A stretch of 64,000 nt of DNA, taken from the sequence record OV754623; one strand, given 5' to 3'. Below are positions 1 through 10,101 of the stretch, piece by piece. How positions within the stretch are numbered: the stretch's first letter is position 1; the number at the start of each line of letters is the position of its first letter. The notes under the pieces are model-generated. The model saw only the letters and a list, made by a program, of their open reading frames with translations, made no database searches and was not told the DNA's origin. The translations under genes were made by a program, and so were the position numbers. The DNA is from Escherichia phage UGJNEcP1.

Positions 1-43
1 AGGTATTTGGACAAGAATTTAAAGAAGCATCAGAATAAATTTA

Positions 44-68
44 GGGAGACTTCGGTCTCCCATTTTTG
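44..68 (+). terminator. Rho-independent terminator upstream of gene 36
   Basis: GC-rich hairpin gggagacttcggtctccc followed by a T-run. Confidence 0.6.
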
Positions 69-76
69 TATAAATA
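69..76 (+). promoter_or_regulatory. T4-type late promoter (TATAAATA) for gene 36
   Basis: Exact TATAAATA about 25 nt upstream of the ATG at 101, with RBS aaggag in between. Confidence 0.6.
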
Positions 77-100
77 TGGTATACATATAAGGAGACAACT

Positions 101-766
101 ATGGCCGATTTAAAAGCTGGTAGTACAACTGGCGGTGCTGTTATATGGCATCAAGGTAATTTCCCTTTAATGCCGGCAGGTGATGACGTCCTGTATAAAA
201 CGTTTAAACTCTATTCAGAATATAATAAGCCACAAGCGGCTGATAACGATTTCGTTTCTAAAGCTAATGGTGGTACGTATGCCGCTCGAGTAACATTTAA
301 TAATGGTGTGCAAGTACCTTATGCCGTAAATAACACAAATCAAAGTGGTATTTATCCTGGCAATGGCGATGCTGCTACTTTTGATACAGCAAATATTGAT
401 ATTGTTTCATGGTATGGCATTGGTTTTAAATCATCACAAGGATCTGCAGGTAGAACTGTTGTTGTTAACACTCGTACTGGTGATATCAGCACTAAAGGTG
501 GTATTTATGCAACTGGTCCTGTCCGTTCTAACGCTACTGCTCCTATAGCAGCGAATGACCTTACTAGAAAGGACTATGTTGACGGACGAATAAATATTGT
601 TACGGATAACGCAAATTCCCGTGTATTGCGTAAAGGCGATACCATGACTGGTACTTTAACAGCACCAAACTTTTTCTCACAGAATCCGGCGTCTGAGGCT
701 AATCATGTTCCTCGTTTCGACCAGATTGTAATTAAAGATTCTGTTCAAGATTTCGGCTATTATTAA
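101..766 (+). CDS. 36: Long tail fibre hinge/connector protein gp36
   Basis: 221 aa, same length as T4 gp36, directly upstream of gp37; Gly/Thr/Asn-rich fibre-like composition; strong RBS. Confidence 0.75.
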   Translation: MADLKAGSTTGGAVIWHQGNFPLMPAGDDVLYKTFKLYSEYNKPQAADNDFVSKANGGTYAARVTFNNGVQVPYAVNNTNQSGIYPGNGDAATFDTANIDIVSWYGIGFKSSQGSAGRTVVVNTRTGDISTKGGIYATGPVRSNATAPIAANDLTRKDYVDGRINIVTDNANSRVLRKGDTMTGTLTAPNFFSQNPASEANHVPRFDQIVIKDSVQDFGYY

Positions 767-774
767 GAGGACTT

Positions 775-3700
775 ATGGCTACATTAAAACAGATACAATT
801 TAAAAGAAGCAAAGTGGCAGGAGTTAATCCTACTGCAGCACAATTAGCCGAAGGCGAATTAGCGATAAACTTAAAAGATCGAACTCTTTTTACTAAAGAT
901 GACCTCGGTAATATTATTAGCCTAGGCTTTGCTAAGGGTGGGGATATTAACGGTAATGTAACTCAAACTGGCGATTATTTACAAAACGGCACGTATAATC
1001 TCAATGGAAATCAGTTTGTTTATGCAGGAAAATACATTGAATTTTTACCTAAAACCACTGGAAATGGCGCTTGGGCTAACCAACATTCGAATAAAGCCCC
1101 TATCTTTACAGATTTAAGTTCAACTACTTCTGTTTCAGAATACCATCCACTGATTAAACAACGCTATAAAGATGGAACTTTTTCTGCTGGTACATTAGTA
1201 AACGAAGGTAGTTTTAAATTCCATTATATTGATGAAACCGGGACTTCAAAATACTGGACTTTTAATCGAAACGGTAATTTTCAAGTTGATTCCGGAAGTT
1301 TATTAGTATCTAATGGATATTTAGTTACTCAAAGTAATATTGAAACTAAAGCTGGTTCTTTAATTGGTCCTAAAGTTATTACCAAAAATATCAATGTGAG
1401 CACTAAATCTTGGGACACTAATATTGATACTGCATATGATTTAGTTTCATTACCGACTTGGCAGTATACTCCAACCGAAACAGATTTGGATACTAATGGT
1501 ATAAACTACCTTCGTAAATTCCGCGGACATGTTTCTTCTGCTATTTTCCATGAAGTTGCTGATGCTCGTTCAGGTAAACCACAGAATATTTCGTATTGGA
1601 CAGGACGTAATGCTGAAGTTTATCAATGGTCTTATACCACAGATGGGCGTATGTCTGTTGCTAATTCGATAGGTATAGGTCTTGCTGATGTTGGTGACCA
1701 AGGACGTTATCCATTGGTTTCGTTTGGTAAAGGTATTGCAATTGGTGACAATGATACTGGTATTAAATGGGTTCGTGACGGGGTTATCGATTTAGTTGCG
1801 AATGGTATTTCTGCCGGCACTATTCTTAATAACGGTATTAACAGTACTAAAAAATTGATGGTTGGTTATAGTCGAGATTCTGGTTCTACTTGGGATTACC
1901 CAAATAACAACCAAGCAATGTTTACTGCGCGTACCGATGTTGATGGTAATAATAACGGTGACGGTCAGACTCATATCGGTTATAGTAGCAATGCCAAGAT
2001 GTATCACTATTTCCGTGGCACTGGTCGTATGTCCGTTAGTATGGGTGATGGGCTTCTTGTTGAGCCTGGCATTTTAGATATTAAAACCAGTTCAAATAGG
2101 GTTGCTATTAGAGCAGATGGTACATTTGACTCAACCCAACGTATTTCAATGCGTACTGGGTTATTTTTATCAGGTGATGACAATACCAATGCTTTGACAT
2201 TTAAAGCGCCTACAGGCGTTGACGGGACAAAAACCATTAACTGGGATGCAGGTACTCGTAATGGTCAGAATAAAAATACTGTAACCATTAAAGCATGGGG
2301 TAACTCATTTAACGCTGAAAAGGGTAATAGAGAAACTGTATTTGAAGTATCAGATTCACAAGGTTATTATTTTTATGCTCAACGTACCAACCCGGCTTCT
2401 GGTGAAACAGTAGGTCCTGTTAACTTTAAATTTAACGGAACTGTCGAAACAGGCCATATCATAGGCCTTGGTAATATAAGTGCCTCCGGTACAGGTTCTT
2501 TTGGTGGCAATGTTACCATGACTAATGGCCTGTTTGTCCAAGGTGGTTCTTCTATTACAGGCCAAGTTAAAATTGGTGGAACAGCTGATGCATTAAGAAT
2601 TTGGAATGCTGAATACGGTGCTATTTTCCGTCGTTCTGAAGATAAGCTTTATATTATTCCAACCCCGCAGAATGCTGGCGAATCAGGTGGTATTTCTAAT
2701 TTACGTCCGTTCTATATTACATTAAGTACCGGTAAAGTTTCTATGGACCATGATGTAGATATCGGTGGTGGAATATTTAAAGTAGAAACTAGTGGAACAA
2801 CAGCAGGGAAACGTATTACAGTTAATGCGGCGTCAGATGCTATTAGAATAAATGCCCCAACGCAAGAGTCTTCTAACTTTATTCAAGGACGTAAAGCAGA
2901 TGTTACAAAATGGTATTTAGGTATTGGCGATGGCGGCAACGTCGTTCGTATGCATAGTTACACCTATTCACATGGTATTGCACTGAATTCTGATACTGTC
3001 GATATTACTAAACCATTAAAAGTTGGTAATGCTCAATTCGGTACTGATGGTAATATCACTGGTGGTTCTGGTAATTTTGCTAACTTGAATACCACAATAA
3101 ATAACCTTAAGACAGATATTGTCTCAAGTTATCCAATTGGTGCTCCGATTCCTTGGCCTACTGATACACCTCCTGAAGGTTATGCCATAATGGAAGGCCA
3201 GACGTTTGATACTGACTTGTATCCTAAGTTAGCTGCGGTGTATCCTTCCGGCGCTCTGCCTGATATGCGCGGTCAAACTATCAAGGGTAAACCATCCGGG
3301 CGTGCTGTATTAAGTACAGAAGCAGACGGTGTTAAGTCACATAGCCATAGTGCAAGTGCGTCAAGCACGGATTTAGGTACTAAGACCACTTCTAGTTTTG
3401 ATTACGGTAGCAAAACGACTTCAAGCTTTGATTATGGTACTAAAACCAGTAATACTACTGGTAACCATAACCATACAGTGAGTGGTAATACTAGTGCCGC
3501 TGGTAATCACCAGCACTCACAGACAGGCCCAAGAGGACCTAGTAACCAACCGACCGGGATATTTCCTAATGGGGCTACTCTAATTAGTGGGACTCAGGTT
3601 ATTAGTTTTGGCCTAAGCAACGGTATCGTGCCTGGTACAAGCCAATATATTGCAAAGTCGTCAACAGAAGGTAACCATACCCATAGTTGGTCAGGAACTA

Positions 3701-3888
3701 CTAGCGCTACTGGTAACCATGCCCATACGGTAGGTATTGGTGCTCATACCCATTCGGTAGGTATTGGTGCTCATTCTCATACTGTTGCAATTGGTTCCCA
3801 TGGGCATACAATAACTGTAAATGCCACAGGAAATACAGAAAACACTGTTAAAAACGTTGCTTTTAACTATATCGTTCGTTTAGCATAA
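775..3888 (+). CDS. 37: Long tail fibre distal subunit gp37
   Basis: 1037 aa; C-terminal His-rich GNHxH / G(A/S)HxH repeats as in T4 gp37 needle domain; RBS aagagga. Confidence 0.9.
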   Translation: MATLKQIQFKRSKVAGVNPTAAQLAEGELAINLKDRTLFTKDDLGNIISLGFAKGGDINGNVTQTGDYLQNGTYNLNGNQFVYAGKYIEFLPKTTGNGAWANQHSNKAPIFTDLSSTTSVSEYHPLIKQRYKDGTFSAGTLVNEGSFKFHYIDETGTSKYWTFNRNGNFQVDSGSLLVSNGYLVTQSNIETKAGSLIGPKVITKNINVSTKSWDTNIDTAYDLVSLPTWQYTPTETDLDTNGINYLRKFRGHVSSAIFHEVADARSGKPQNISYWTGRNAEVYQWSYTTDGRMSVANSIGIGLADVGDQGRYPLVSFGKGIAIGDNDTGIKWVRDGVIDLVANGISAGTILNNGINSTKKLMVGYSRDSGSTWDYPNNNQAMFTARTDVDGNNNGDGQTHIGYSSNAKMYHYFRGTGRMSVSMGDGLLVEPGILDIKTSSNRVAIRADGTFDSTQRISMRTGLFLSGDDNTNALTFKAPTGVDGTKTINWDAGTRNGQNKNTVTIKAWGNSFNAEKGNRETVFEVSDSQGYYFYAQRTNPASGETVGPVNFKFNGTVETGHIIGLGNISASGTGSFGGNVTMTNGLFVQGGSSITGQVKIGGTADALRIWNAEYGAIFRRSEDKLYIIPTPQNAGESGGISNLRPFYITLSTGKVSMDHDVDIGGGIFKVETSGTTAGKRITVNAASDAIRINAPTQESSNFIQGRKADVTKWYLGIGDGGNVVRMHSYTYSHGIALNSDTVDITKPLKVGNAQFGTDGNITGGSGNFANLNTTINNLKTDIVSSYPIGAPIPWPTDTPPEGYAIMEGQTFDTDLYPKLAAVYPSGALPDMRGQTIKGKPSGRAVLSTEADGVKSHSHSASASSTDLGTKTTSSFDYGSKTTSSFDYGTKTSNTTGNHNHTVSGNTSAAGNHQHSQTGPRGPSNQPTGIFPNGATLISGTQVISFGLSNGIVPGTSQYIAKSSTEGNHTHSWSGTTSATGNHAHTVGIGAHTHSVGIGAHSHTVAIGSHGHTITVNATGNTENTVKNVAFNYIVRLA
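3403..3450 (+). repeat. In-frame tandem direct repeat inside gene 37 ([10 protein letters not shown] x2)
   Basis: Two near-identical ~24-27 nt units encoding [23 protein letters not shown]. Confidence 0.7.
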
Positions 3889-3921
3889 GGAGAAGGGACT
3901 TCGGTCCCTTTTTATAATATG
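3886..3921 (+). promoter_or_regulatory. Gene 38 translation initiation region: stable hairpin between SD and AUG
   Basis: SD aaggag at 3886-3891, hairpin gggacttcggtccc at 3895-3908, ATG at 3919; the hairpin would bring the SD to normal spacing, as described for T4 gene 38. Confidence 0.55.
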
Positions 3922-4470
3922 AAACTCTATCACTATTATTTTGACACTAAAGAATTTTACAAAGAAGAAAATTATAAACCATTAAAAGGCGTAGGATTTC
4001 CGGCTCATTCGACACCAAAAAAACCTTTAGACCCTAAAGAAGGCTATGCTGTTATATTTGACGAACGCGAGCAAGAATGGGTATATGTTGAAGACCATCG
4101 TGGAAAAACAGTATGGACTTATGATAAGCAAAAAATTGTTATTGACACTCCAGGTGCTCTTCAAAATGTTACTACAGAAGAACCTGGTGAATTTGACATT
4201 TGGACCGACGACGGGTGGAAGGAAGATGAAGCATATAAACGCGTAGTTCAACGTGATAAGAAAATTCATGAACTCTATAAATTATTCAGTGTTTTAAGTT
4301 CTCTTATTGACGCAGAGGTTGCTAATAGAGAAGAAAAACGAAAATTTAAAGAGCTCAAAAAATTCTTTGCCCTTTTAGAAAAACATGAACATCTTGGCGG
4401 CGAATTCCCTAAATTCCCTGACCTTGAAAAAAAATCTATTGTCAAAGCGATTATAAATATCTTTAAGTAA
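3919..4470 (+). CDS. 38: Tail fibre assembly chaperone gp38 (T4 type)
   Basis: 183 aa; N-terminus MKLYHYYFDTKEFYKEENYKP and C-terminus FFALLEKHEHLGGEFP match remembered T4 gp38. Confidence 0.85.
   Translation: MKLYHYYFDTKEFYKEENYKPLKGVGFPAHSTPKKPLDPKEGYAVIFDEREQEWVYVEDHRGKTVWTYDKQKIVIDTPGALQNVTTEEPGEFDIWTDDGWKEDEAYKRVVQRDKKIHELYKLFSVLSSLIDAEVANREEKRKFKELKKFFALLEKHEHLGGEFPKFPDLEKKSIVKAIINIFK
4452..4459 (+). promoter_or_regulatory. T4-type late promoter (TATAAATA) for holin t
   Basis: Exact TATAAATA about 20 nt upstream of the t start, followed by RBS aaggagg. Confidence 0.55.
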
Positions 4471-4479
4471 GGAGGTATT

Positions 4480-5142
4480 ATGGCAACACCAAAAGTGTCA
4501 TTTTCGCCTAGTGATATTCTATTTGGGTTGCTAGATCGTATTTTCAAAGATAACGCTACTGGAAAGGTTTTAATGTCCCGAGTAGCGGTAATTATTCTTT
4601 TGTTCCTAATGGCACTAATATGGTACAAAGGAAGTATTTTGCTGGATTATTATGTAAGAGCTAAGTATGATACTTATACTGAAATAATCCAAAAAGAACG
4701 AGCTTTACGTTTTGAATCTGCGGCTCTAGAACAACTGCAAATAGTTCATATCTCATCTGGTGCAGATTTTAGTGCTGTGTATTCTTTCAGACCTAAAAAC
4801 TTAAATTATTTTGTCGACCTTATAGCTTATGAAGGCAAACTACCTAGCACAATTTCTGAAAAGTCGCTTGGTGGATTCCCGGTGGATAAAACGGCTAATG
4901 AATATATAATTCATTTAAGTGGCCGTCATTTCTCATCTAAATCAGAATTTGCATTTTTGCCTACAAAATCTAAGACTGCCGAACTTTCTTATATGTATAG
5001 TTGTCCATACTTTAATTTGGATAACATCTATGCTGGAACTGTGGCGATGTATTGGTATAAGGGGAATAATAATATACTTGAGGAAGATCGCTTAGCGGCT
5101 ATATGCAACCAAGCGATCCGAATACTAGGAAGGGCTAAATAA
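4480..5142 (+). CDS. t: Holin T
   Basis: 220 aa; N-terminal SFSPSDILFG..DNATGKVL..SRVAV plus a single TM and large periplasmic domain match T4 holin. Confidence 0.9.
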   Translation: MATPKVSFSPSDILFGLLDRIFKDNATGKVLMSRVAVIILLFLMALIWYKGSILLDYYVRAKYDTYTEIIQKERALRFESAALEQLQIVHISSGADFSAVYSFRPKNLNYFVDLIAYEGKLPSTISEKSLGGFPVDKTANEYIIHLSGRHFSSKSEFAFLPTKSKTAELSYMYSCPYFNLDNIYAGTVAMYWYKGNNNILEEDRLAAICNQAIRILGRAK

Positions 5143-5415
5143 TTAGTTGTTAGAATACATCGCTAAATGACGATAAATATTTTCAAAACCTTCATTGAAT
5201 TCACTAATCAGTGTTTTCTTTTCTTCGGCAGTTAAATTTGTAATTAGTTTTCTAAAAGAATTCTGATTTAGCTGCCGACCATCTTTTTTAATTCCAATCT
5301 CATTCAAGAATCCGATGAAACTTGCTCGGTCTTCAACAATATCTTCCCTAGAGAATTTAATCAAAATAGAAGCAATAGTAATAATTTCACGTACAATTTC
5401 AATATCTTTATTCAT
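5143..5415 (-). CDS. asiA: Anti-sigma70 factor AsiA
   Basis: 90 aa; MNK.I..VREIIT.ASILIKFSREDIVE..A.F..FLNEIG matches T4 AsiA. Confidence 0.9.
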   Translation of the reverse strand: MNKDIEIVREIITIASILIKFSREDIVEDRASFIGFLNEIGIKKDGRQLNQNSFRKLITNLTAEEKKTLISEFNEGFENIYRHLAMYSNN

Positions 5416-5461
5416 AACGTTTTATTCATTCTACTTAGTTGATATGGATATAGTACCATTA

Positions 5462-5623
5462 TCAGTGTTGATTGTAAACAGCTTTTTCTACGCTTTTAAC
5501 GTAATTGACGTAGTCTTCCTGTTCGTACGAGTGTAAGGCTAAGAACAGAGCTAATAGTTCATTATAGACTAAAGCCTCACGCTCGCGTTCGGCCTCTACT
5601 ACGTTCTGAAGATTATGGCTCAT
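5462..5623 (-). CDS. Hypothetical small protein (about 53 aa)
   Basis: ORF from an internal ATG (MSHNLQ...) overlapping the stop of the upstream gene; no recognisable family. Confidence 0.3.
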   Translation of the reverse strand: MSHNLQNVVEAEREREALVYNELLALFLALHSYEQEDYVNYVKSVEKAVYNQH

Positions 5624-5912
5624 ACCGTTCCTTATAACTATCAATATAGTCCTGTATGTCGAAGAATGACATTTCATATTCTAGGGCATTAAGAGCCCGT
5701 TCTTCAGTATAGTCAGAACCAAAGACGATAGTGATTTCACCAGGCTTCATGTGATTGAAATCAACACTAAAAGGAATACGAGAACATACTTCGTCTGCCA
5801 TATCTGCAACAACACTACGATACACTTCTCGGTTAACCTGATAAAGCTCTGCAAGTTCTTCGCATCGAATAACAAGTTCAGTGGCAGGATTTTCTTTGAT
5901 TTTAGTAAGCAT
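5613..5912 (-). CDS. Acidic small protein at the arn position (possible Arn-like anti-restriction protein)
   Basis: About 100 aa from MLTKIKENPATEL; acidic; sits between asiA and motA where T4 has arn; identity from position only. Confidence 0.35.
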   Translation of the reverse strand: MLTKIKENPATELVIRCEELAELYQVNREVYRSVVADMADEVCSRIPFSVDFNHMKPGEITIVFGSDYTEERALNALEYEMSFFDIQDYIDSYKERYEP

Positions 5913-5995
5913 AGTCTTTACCCTTATGTTTTTGTTTGCGTTTAGATTGAAGTTCTGATTTCTTCTTGTCCTTATGGACAGAAGCCTTATTGAAA

Positions 5996-6214
5996 TCATG
6001 TTTTGCTACAAGATTGTTCATAATGATTTATAACCTCATTTAAGCATTTATCGGTAAAAGAAAACTTTTTAGCCACAGAACATTCGATAATGTGCTCTTT
6101 CAAATCTTTAGAGTCGGTATATCCCATCTCAGTAATAAAGTGGCGAATTAAAGCTTTATTCTTATCATTGACAGAATTAAAATAATCTGCTTTAGAATCA
6201 ATTATTCTCATCAT
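5996..6214 (-). CDS. Hypothetical early protein
   Basis: 72-aa ORF in the packed minus-strand array between asiA and motA. Confidence 0.4.
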   Translation of the reverse strand: MMRIIDSKADYFNSVNDKNKALIRHFITEMGYTDSKDLKEHIIECSVAKKFSFTDKCLNEVINHYEQSCSKT

Positions 6215-6479
6215 CTAATTTCCTTAATTGATATTGCAACGAGCTAATAATTTCTTCATTCATTTTAATATACATGTCACACAAGAAAGATTTTAACCCG
6301 TCACGAATAATTGCTAACTTATCACCTTTACATAAATTGACCAAATAAGGATGATCTAAAGCATCCCAACCAGGCTGATTAGCATACATACCATAGTTTT
6401 CTTCCATCATATGATTAAGACGTTTGATATCTTGGATACGTGTTTCAATAGCATCTTTCTGGAGTTGTTTAATATTCAT
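6198..6479 (-). CDS. Hypothetical early protein
   Basis: 93-aa ORF, stop overlaps the next start. Confidence 0.45.
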   Translation of the reverse strand: MNIKQLQKDAIETRIQDIKRLNHMMEENYGMYANQPGWDALDHPYLVNLCKGDKLAIIRDGLKSFLCDMYIKMNEEIISSLQYQLRKLDDENN

Positions 6480-6940
6480 TAATAAAGGTCCTCTGAATAA
6501 AGTTCTTTCTCACTTCCGCCACGTTCAATACGTACCTGTCCAGCATATGTTGCAATAATCATTGCTTCTTCACGAGTCCAGTAATTAGAGTATTGGTCGA
6601 TAAAGCCTTGGTCGTCACCACAAACTTGTTGCGAGACTAATTGAGGACCAACTATATCAAGTACTTCAGCCATATCTTTAGAGTAATGACGAACTCCAGG
6701 AATAACCAGAGTTCCACCGCTCTTCAATTTAAACCTATTAGCTGCACATACTATAACACGTTGAACTTTTTGGTCATTATTCCAATAGCATGTTTGCCAA
6801 CAGATTTCAGGAACTTCATTCATTATATCATCAGCAGAATAATTATAACCGTAGGACTGGAATTTTTCTGCTAGACTTTCAGGAGTCTCACGAGACAAGG
6901 CCAAATCTAATAGCTCTAAACGTTCTTTAAATGATTTCAT
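6479..6940 (-). CDS. Hypothetical early protein
   Basis: 153-aa ORF, overlapping start/stop with neighbours. Confidence 0.5.
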   Translation of the reverse strand: MKSFKERLELLDLALSRETPESLAEKFQSYGYNYSADDIMNEVPEICWQTCYWNNDQKVQRVIVCAANRFKLKSGGTLVIPGVRHYSKDMAEVLDIVGPQLVSQQVCGDDQGFIDQYSNYWTREEAMIIATYAGQVRIERGGSEKELYSEDLY

Positions 6941-7281
6941 TTAAACCATTCCTTAATACGTTGCCAAATAGATTTTTGTGCTTGTTTATTTACACCAATC
7001 GAACGAATAACTGGTTGTGACTGCTGATATTCTTTATAATCTTCTTTATAGATTTCGTAAGCTGCATCAACAAATGAACTGATCGCTGCCATGTAGTTTT
7101 TACGAAGACCACCAGGAGCTACTCCATTAGGGAATTCGGAATTTTCGCGAATAATTAAATATAACCCAGCTTTAACCTTTACAATTGTCCCTAAATAAGC
7201 CCCGTGGTACCAAATATCCCATCCTTCCTGAGTAGGTTCTGCACATTTACGAAGTTCGTTAATAATATTCAGCTTATTCAT
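6937..7281 (-). CDS. Hypothetical early protein
   Basis: 114-aa ORF downstream of motA. Confidence 0.5.
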   Translation of the reverse strand: MNKLNIINELRKCAEPTQEGWDIWYHGAYLGTIVKVKAGLYLIIRENSEFPNGVAPGGLRKNYMAAISSFVDAAYEIYKEDYKEYQQSQPVIRSIGVNKQAQKSIWQRIKEWFK

Positions 7282-7291
7282 TATGTATTCC

Positions 7292-7924
7292 TCACAGTAC
7301 GTTAGTTACAAGAGTAATGATTTCTTTGGACACATTAGGGAAGTCAATGTAAGTATATTTACCACCGATCTTAATCTTAACATCATTTTCAAGAGAAGTA
7401 AACAGCTTTGATTCAGTTTCTGACATGTTGTATGCAAAGATTCTAAGAGCGCCATCTCGTCGAATTTCAATTTGGCGAATGCCTAGAACTCGTTTAGCGA
7501 ATCGAACTTCTAAGTTACTACGGTTTTCACCAATTTCTTTAACTTCAACTTTATCTTTAATATTTTCAAAAACAAAGTTTGCTAATTCATGCATTTCAGG
7601 AGTAACTCCACGTGCTTTTCTAGTGTTACGTTTCTGAAGAAGTTCTGGAGCATTTTCTTGGGCAAAGAGGTCTGCAGCTTTTTGGATAATATCCATTGCT
7701 TCGCCTGTTGCTATAAGTCCATCACCAGATTTTTCGACTAAACCTTTCTTAATCAATACACCAATGTTAGAGTTAACAACCGATGCATTGTATTCAGCTT
7801 CCAGAGCTTCACGGACATTAGCAGCAGTGGTGAAGTTGTTCTTAATGATATAAACCATTATTGCAGCAGTTTTTTCATTCAGAGCGTTTTCAGAAGCTTT
7901 GATGATGTAAGTAACTTTAGACAT
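7292..7924 (-). CDS. motA: Middle-transcription activator MotA
   Basis: From MSKVTYIIKAS..; VVNSNIGVLIKKGLVEKSGDGLI.TGEA and QENAPELL match T4 MotA; RBS ggag; the track ORF has a 20-codon upstream extension that covers the promoter. Confidence 0.85.
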   Translation of the reverse strand: MSKVTYIIKASENALNEKTAAIMVYIIKNNFTTAANVREALEAEYNASVVNSNIGVLIKKGLVEKSGDGLIATGEAMDIIQKAADLFAQENAPELLQKRNTRKARGVTPEMHELANFVFENIKDKVEVKEIGENRSNLEVRFAKRVLGIRQIEIRRDGALRIFAYNMSETESKLFTSLENDVKIKIGGKYTYIDFPNVSKEIITLVTNVL

Positions 7925-7961
7925 TTTATTTCTCCAATTTGGTTGTTTTGTTTTGATATGT

Positions 7962-7992
7962 CTATAATACCATGTTTGAAGCAAAAGTAAAC
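7962..7992 (-). promoter_or_regulatory. Sigma70-type early promoter upstream of motA
   Basis: Minus strand reads GTTTAC, 17-nt spacer, TATTATAG; the spacer contains TGCTTCA, a MotA-box-like motif. Confidence 0.6.
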
Positions 7993-8029
7993 TTTATTTT
8001 GGGCTCTTTTTCAAAAGCCCTGGTAAAAT

Positions 8030-8245
8030 TTACAAACTCATTTCTTTAATAAGGCTAATAAGTTTTGCCTTTTTAGAACGAAGCTTTTCTAAATGATGCC
8101 CATTTGAACCGCGAACCACTAAAGAATTGATTTCAACTTCTAAGAAATTTAATTCTTCAACAAGTGCTTTACGGAGAGCATTCATACCAGGTTTAACTTT
8201 ACCGAAACGAGTAGTTGTGTTTTGAGTTAATTTCATTTTAGACAT
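8030..8245 (-). CDS. Hypothetical basic protein (71 aa)
   Basis: ORF with RBS ggag and its own early promoter; Lys/Arg-rich. Confidence 0.5.
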   Translation of the reverse strand: MSKMKLTQNTTTRFGKVKPGMNALRKALVEELNFLEVEINSLVVRGSNGHHLEKLRSKKAKLISLIKEMSL

Positions 8246-8282
8246 TTTATTTCTCCAATTTGGCTGTTTTGTTTTGATAGGT

Positions 8283-8313
8283 TTATAATATCATGTTTGA
8301 AGCAAAAGTAAAC
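8283..8313 (-). promoter_or_regulatory. Sigma70-type early promoter (near-duplicate of the motA promoter)
   Basis: GTTTAC, 17 nt, TATTATAA; about 70 nt near-identical to 7921-7995. Confidence 0.6.
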
Positions 8314-8324
8314 TGTTTTCGTGA

Positions 8325-8357
8325 GAAAAAAATGCACAAAAGGGAGCTTCGGCTCCC
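8325..8357 (-). terminator. Rho-independent terminator downstream of gene 52
   Basis: Minus-strand hairpin gggagccgaagctccc followed by a T-rich run. Confidence 0.6.
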
Positions 8358-8433
8358 TAATCATGTTTGTCTAACCAATACAGCCAAATCACTAGTGCAG
8401 CTATTGCACCGAGAAATCCTAAGGCTAGGGCAC

Positions 8434-9759
8434 TCAAAGTGCCTCCAAGTCTTTAGTGTACTCTGTCACAACATCAGTAGACTTCCAATACTCGTTTTCT
8501 TCTTTCTTAGCTTTAGCTTCTTCTGCTAGTTTACGTGCTTCGTCGGAAGTGATATGGAAGATGTTAAGACCTACCAGTTTATCGACATGTTCTTTATACA
8601 TTTCGATTTGTGCTAGCTCTTCAGTCAAAGCTTTACGAGTCTTGCCTTGAATCACAATTTCACCGGCAATAACTTTTTTGATGAAGTGTGCCTTAGCAAA
8701 AGCAAGTTTAAATGCTTTTTCAGATTCAAGGATTTTGTTGTCAATACGTTTCTGAACGTAAGTCTTACGGACTTCAACAAAATCTTTGATTAAGTCCACT
8801 ACGTTATCGTAGACCGCTAATTTACCCTTTTCATTAATCACTGTGATGTTTTGTGAACGACGTTCGATGAGACTAAAATCTTTCATGATTTTTTCGTGAC
8901 GTAGCTCTTCATCATCAGGAAGCGAGTACTCTTTACGGAACTTCACCTTAAACCCAAAGCCGTGTTCACCACAATCATCTTCCCATGAGATTAGACCTTT
9001 GTCTTCCAACGGGTCAAGAACCTTACTCACATACGTTTCACGGTCGAATTTATATGGGATTTCAGTTATCTGCATTTGAGTGCGAGATGTGAACTTATAT
9101 GTTCCGTGAATCTCATAACGCCCATCAACTTCATGTACTTCACCACGGAATTCCGGGAATTCAACTTTTGGCTTAGTGACATTTTTACCTTGAAGAGCTT
9201 GTAATACAGCCTTTTTAACTGATTTAAAACTATGAGGCAGAATATTTGTTGCGTAACCGGTTGCAATACCAGAGACGCCATTCAAAAGAACTGTCGGAAT
9301 AATAGGAAGATAGAATTTTGGTGGAACGTGTTCTTTATCTTCATGAGCTGGAGCGTATTCAGTATCTTTATAGACATTATAGAAATTTTTACTTACACGA
9401 GCAAAAATATAACGAGATGCTGCAGCTTTTTGGACTGTTCTAGAACCAAAGTTGCCCTGGCCGTCTAACAGTGGATAGTTGTTGTTCCATGTGTTAGCCA
9501 TCAATGCACCTGCATCTTGTGCAGAAGATTCGCCATGATGATAACCTAAATCTGCAACACCTCCTGCAATTGACGCAAGTTTATGAAATTTTTCTTTATT
9601 ACCACGAGCCAAATCTAATGCCCGATGAACAACAAAACGTTGAACCGGCTTAAATCCATCAATCATGTTTGGGATTGCACGGTTTTCAACGGTGTACATC
9701 GCATATGCTAAGGCTTCGTTATCAATAATACTTTTTAGATTACGAGAATTCAATTGCAT
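8434..9759 (-). CDS. 52: DNA topoisomerase II medium subunit gp52 (GyrA-like)
   Basis: 441 aa; GFKPVQR, active-site region AAASRYIF.R, topo IIA A-subunit architecture as in T4 gp52. Confidence 0.9.
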   Translation of the reverse strand: MQLNSRNLKSIIDNEALAYAMYTVENRAIPNMIDGFKPVQRFVVHRALDLARGNKEKFHKLASIAGGVADLGYHHGESSAQDAGALMANTWNNNYPLLDGQGNFGSRTVQKAAASRYIFARVSKNFYNVYKDTEYAPAHEDKEHVPPKFYLPIIPTVLLNGVSGIATGYATNILPHSFKSVKKAVLQALQGKNVTKPKVEFPEFRGEVHEVDGRYEIHGTYKFTSRTQMQITEIPYKFDRETYVSKVLDPLEDKGLISWEDDCGEHGFGFKVKFRKEYSLPDDEELRHEKIMKDFSLIERRSQNITVINEKGKLAVYDNVVDLIKDFVEVRKTYVQKRIDNKILESEKAFKLAFAKAHFIKKVIAGEIVIQGKTRKALTEELAQIEMYKEHVDKLVGLNIFHITSDEARKLAEEAKAKKEENEYWKSTDVVTEYTKDLEAL

Positions 9760-9763
9760 ATTT

Positions 9764-9904
9764 TCACCATATTAATGAACGAATAACCATTATAACATCT
9801 GAAATGAAAAGCACTACTTGGATTAGTCCAAACATCACACCATAATACAGAACCGTAAGCAACAACAAGAGCCCGAAGGCTCCTGCTAAGATTTTCTTAA
9901 TCAT
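9764..9904 (-). CDS. Small hydrophobic membrane protein (46 aa)
   Basis: Hand-translated MIKKILAGAFGLLLLLTVLYYGVMFGLIQVVLFISDVIMVIRSLIW; below the track cutoff; start overlaps the stop of the next ORF (ATGATTAA). Confidence 0.4.
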   Translation of the reverse strand: MIKKILAGAFGLLLLLTVLYYGVMFGLIQVVLFISDVIMVIRSLIW

Positions 9905-10049
9905 TACTCGCCTTTAACACGTTAAGAAGAGCTAAGACCGCTAAGGTGCCTTGTGATACGGCTTGTTGAAATACTGTTGTTTCGCCTGTAACTAAAGTGT
10001 TAACGAATAAAAACAACCAACACAGCAATGCAATAATCCATGATACCAT
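9897..10049 (-). CDS. Small membrane protein (50 aa), possible ac/stp-region gene
   Basis: Hand-translated MVSWIIALLCWLFLFVNTLVTGETTVFQQAVSQGTLAVLALLNVLKGSND; RBS gaggt; sits between 52 and ndd where T4 has ac and stp. Confidence 0.4.
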   Translation of the reverse strand: MVSWIIALLCWLFLFVNTLVTGETTVFQQAVSQGTLAVLALLNVLKASND

Positions 10050-10101
10050 TTTAATTACCTCAAAAATAAATTAAAGGACTATTAAGCTAGGCCCGTATAA
10101 A

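Noticed and set aside
345-548. Plus-strand 67-aa ORF inside gene 36, and similar internal ORFs in gene 37 (1862-2077, minus-strand 1792-2237, 2356-2565)
   Set aside because: They lie wholly inside much longer well-supported genes in other frames, are hydrophobic or low-complexity in a way typical of out-of-frame translation, and have no RBS.
3403-3800. Direct repeats in the gp37 C-terminal region as a possible CRISPR-like or noncoding repeat array
   Set aside because: The repeats are in frame, encode Gly/His/Thr-rich peptide repeats of a fibre protein, and have no spacer structure.
8030-8245. Considered a ribosomal-protein-like (L29-type) identity for the 71-aa basic protein
   Set aside because: Only a loose resemblance in helical Lys/Glu pattern; no convincing motif match.
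9868-9885. GC hairpin gagcccgaaggctc as a possible terminator
   Set aside because: It lies inside the small membrane ORF (encodes GAFGL) and has no following T-run.
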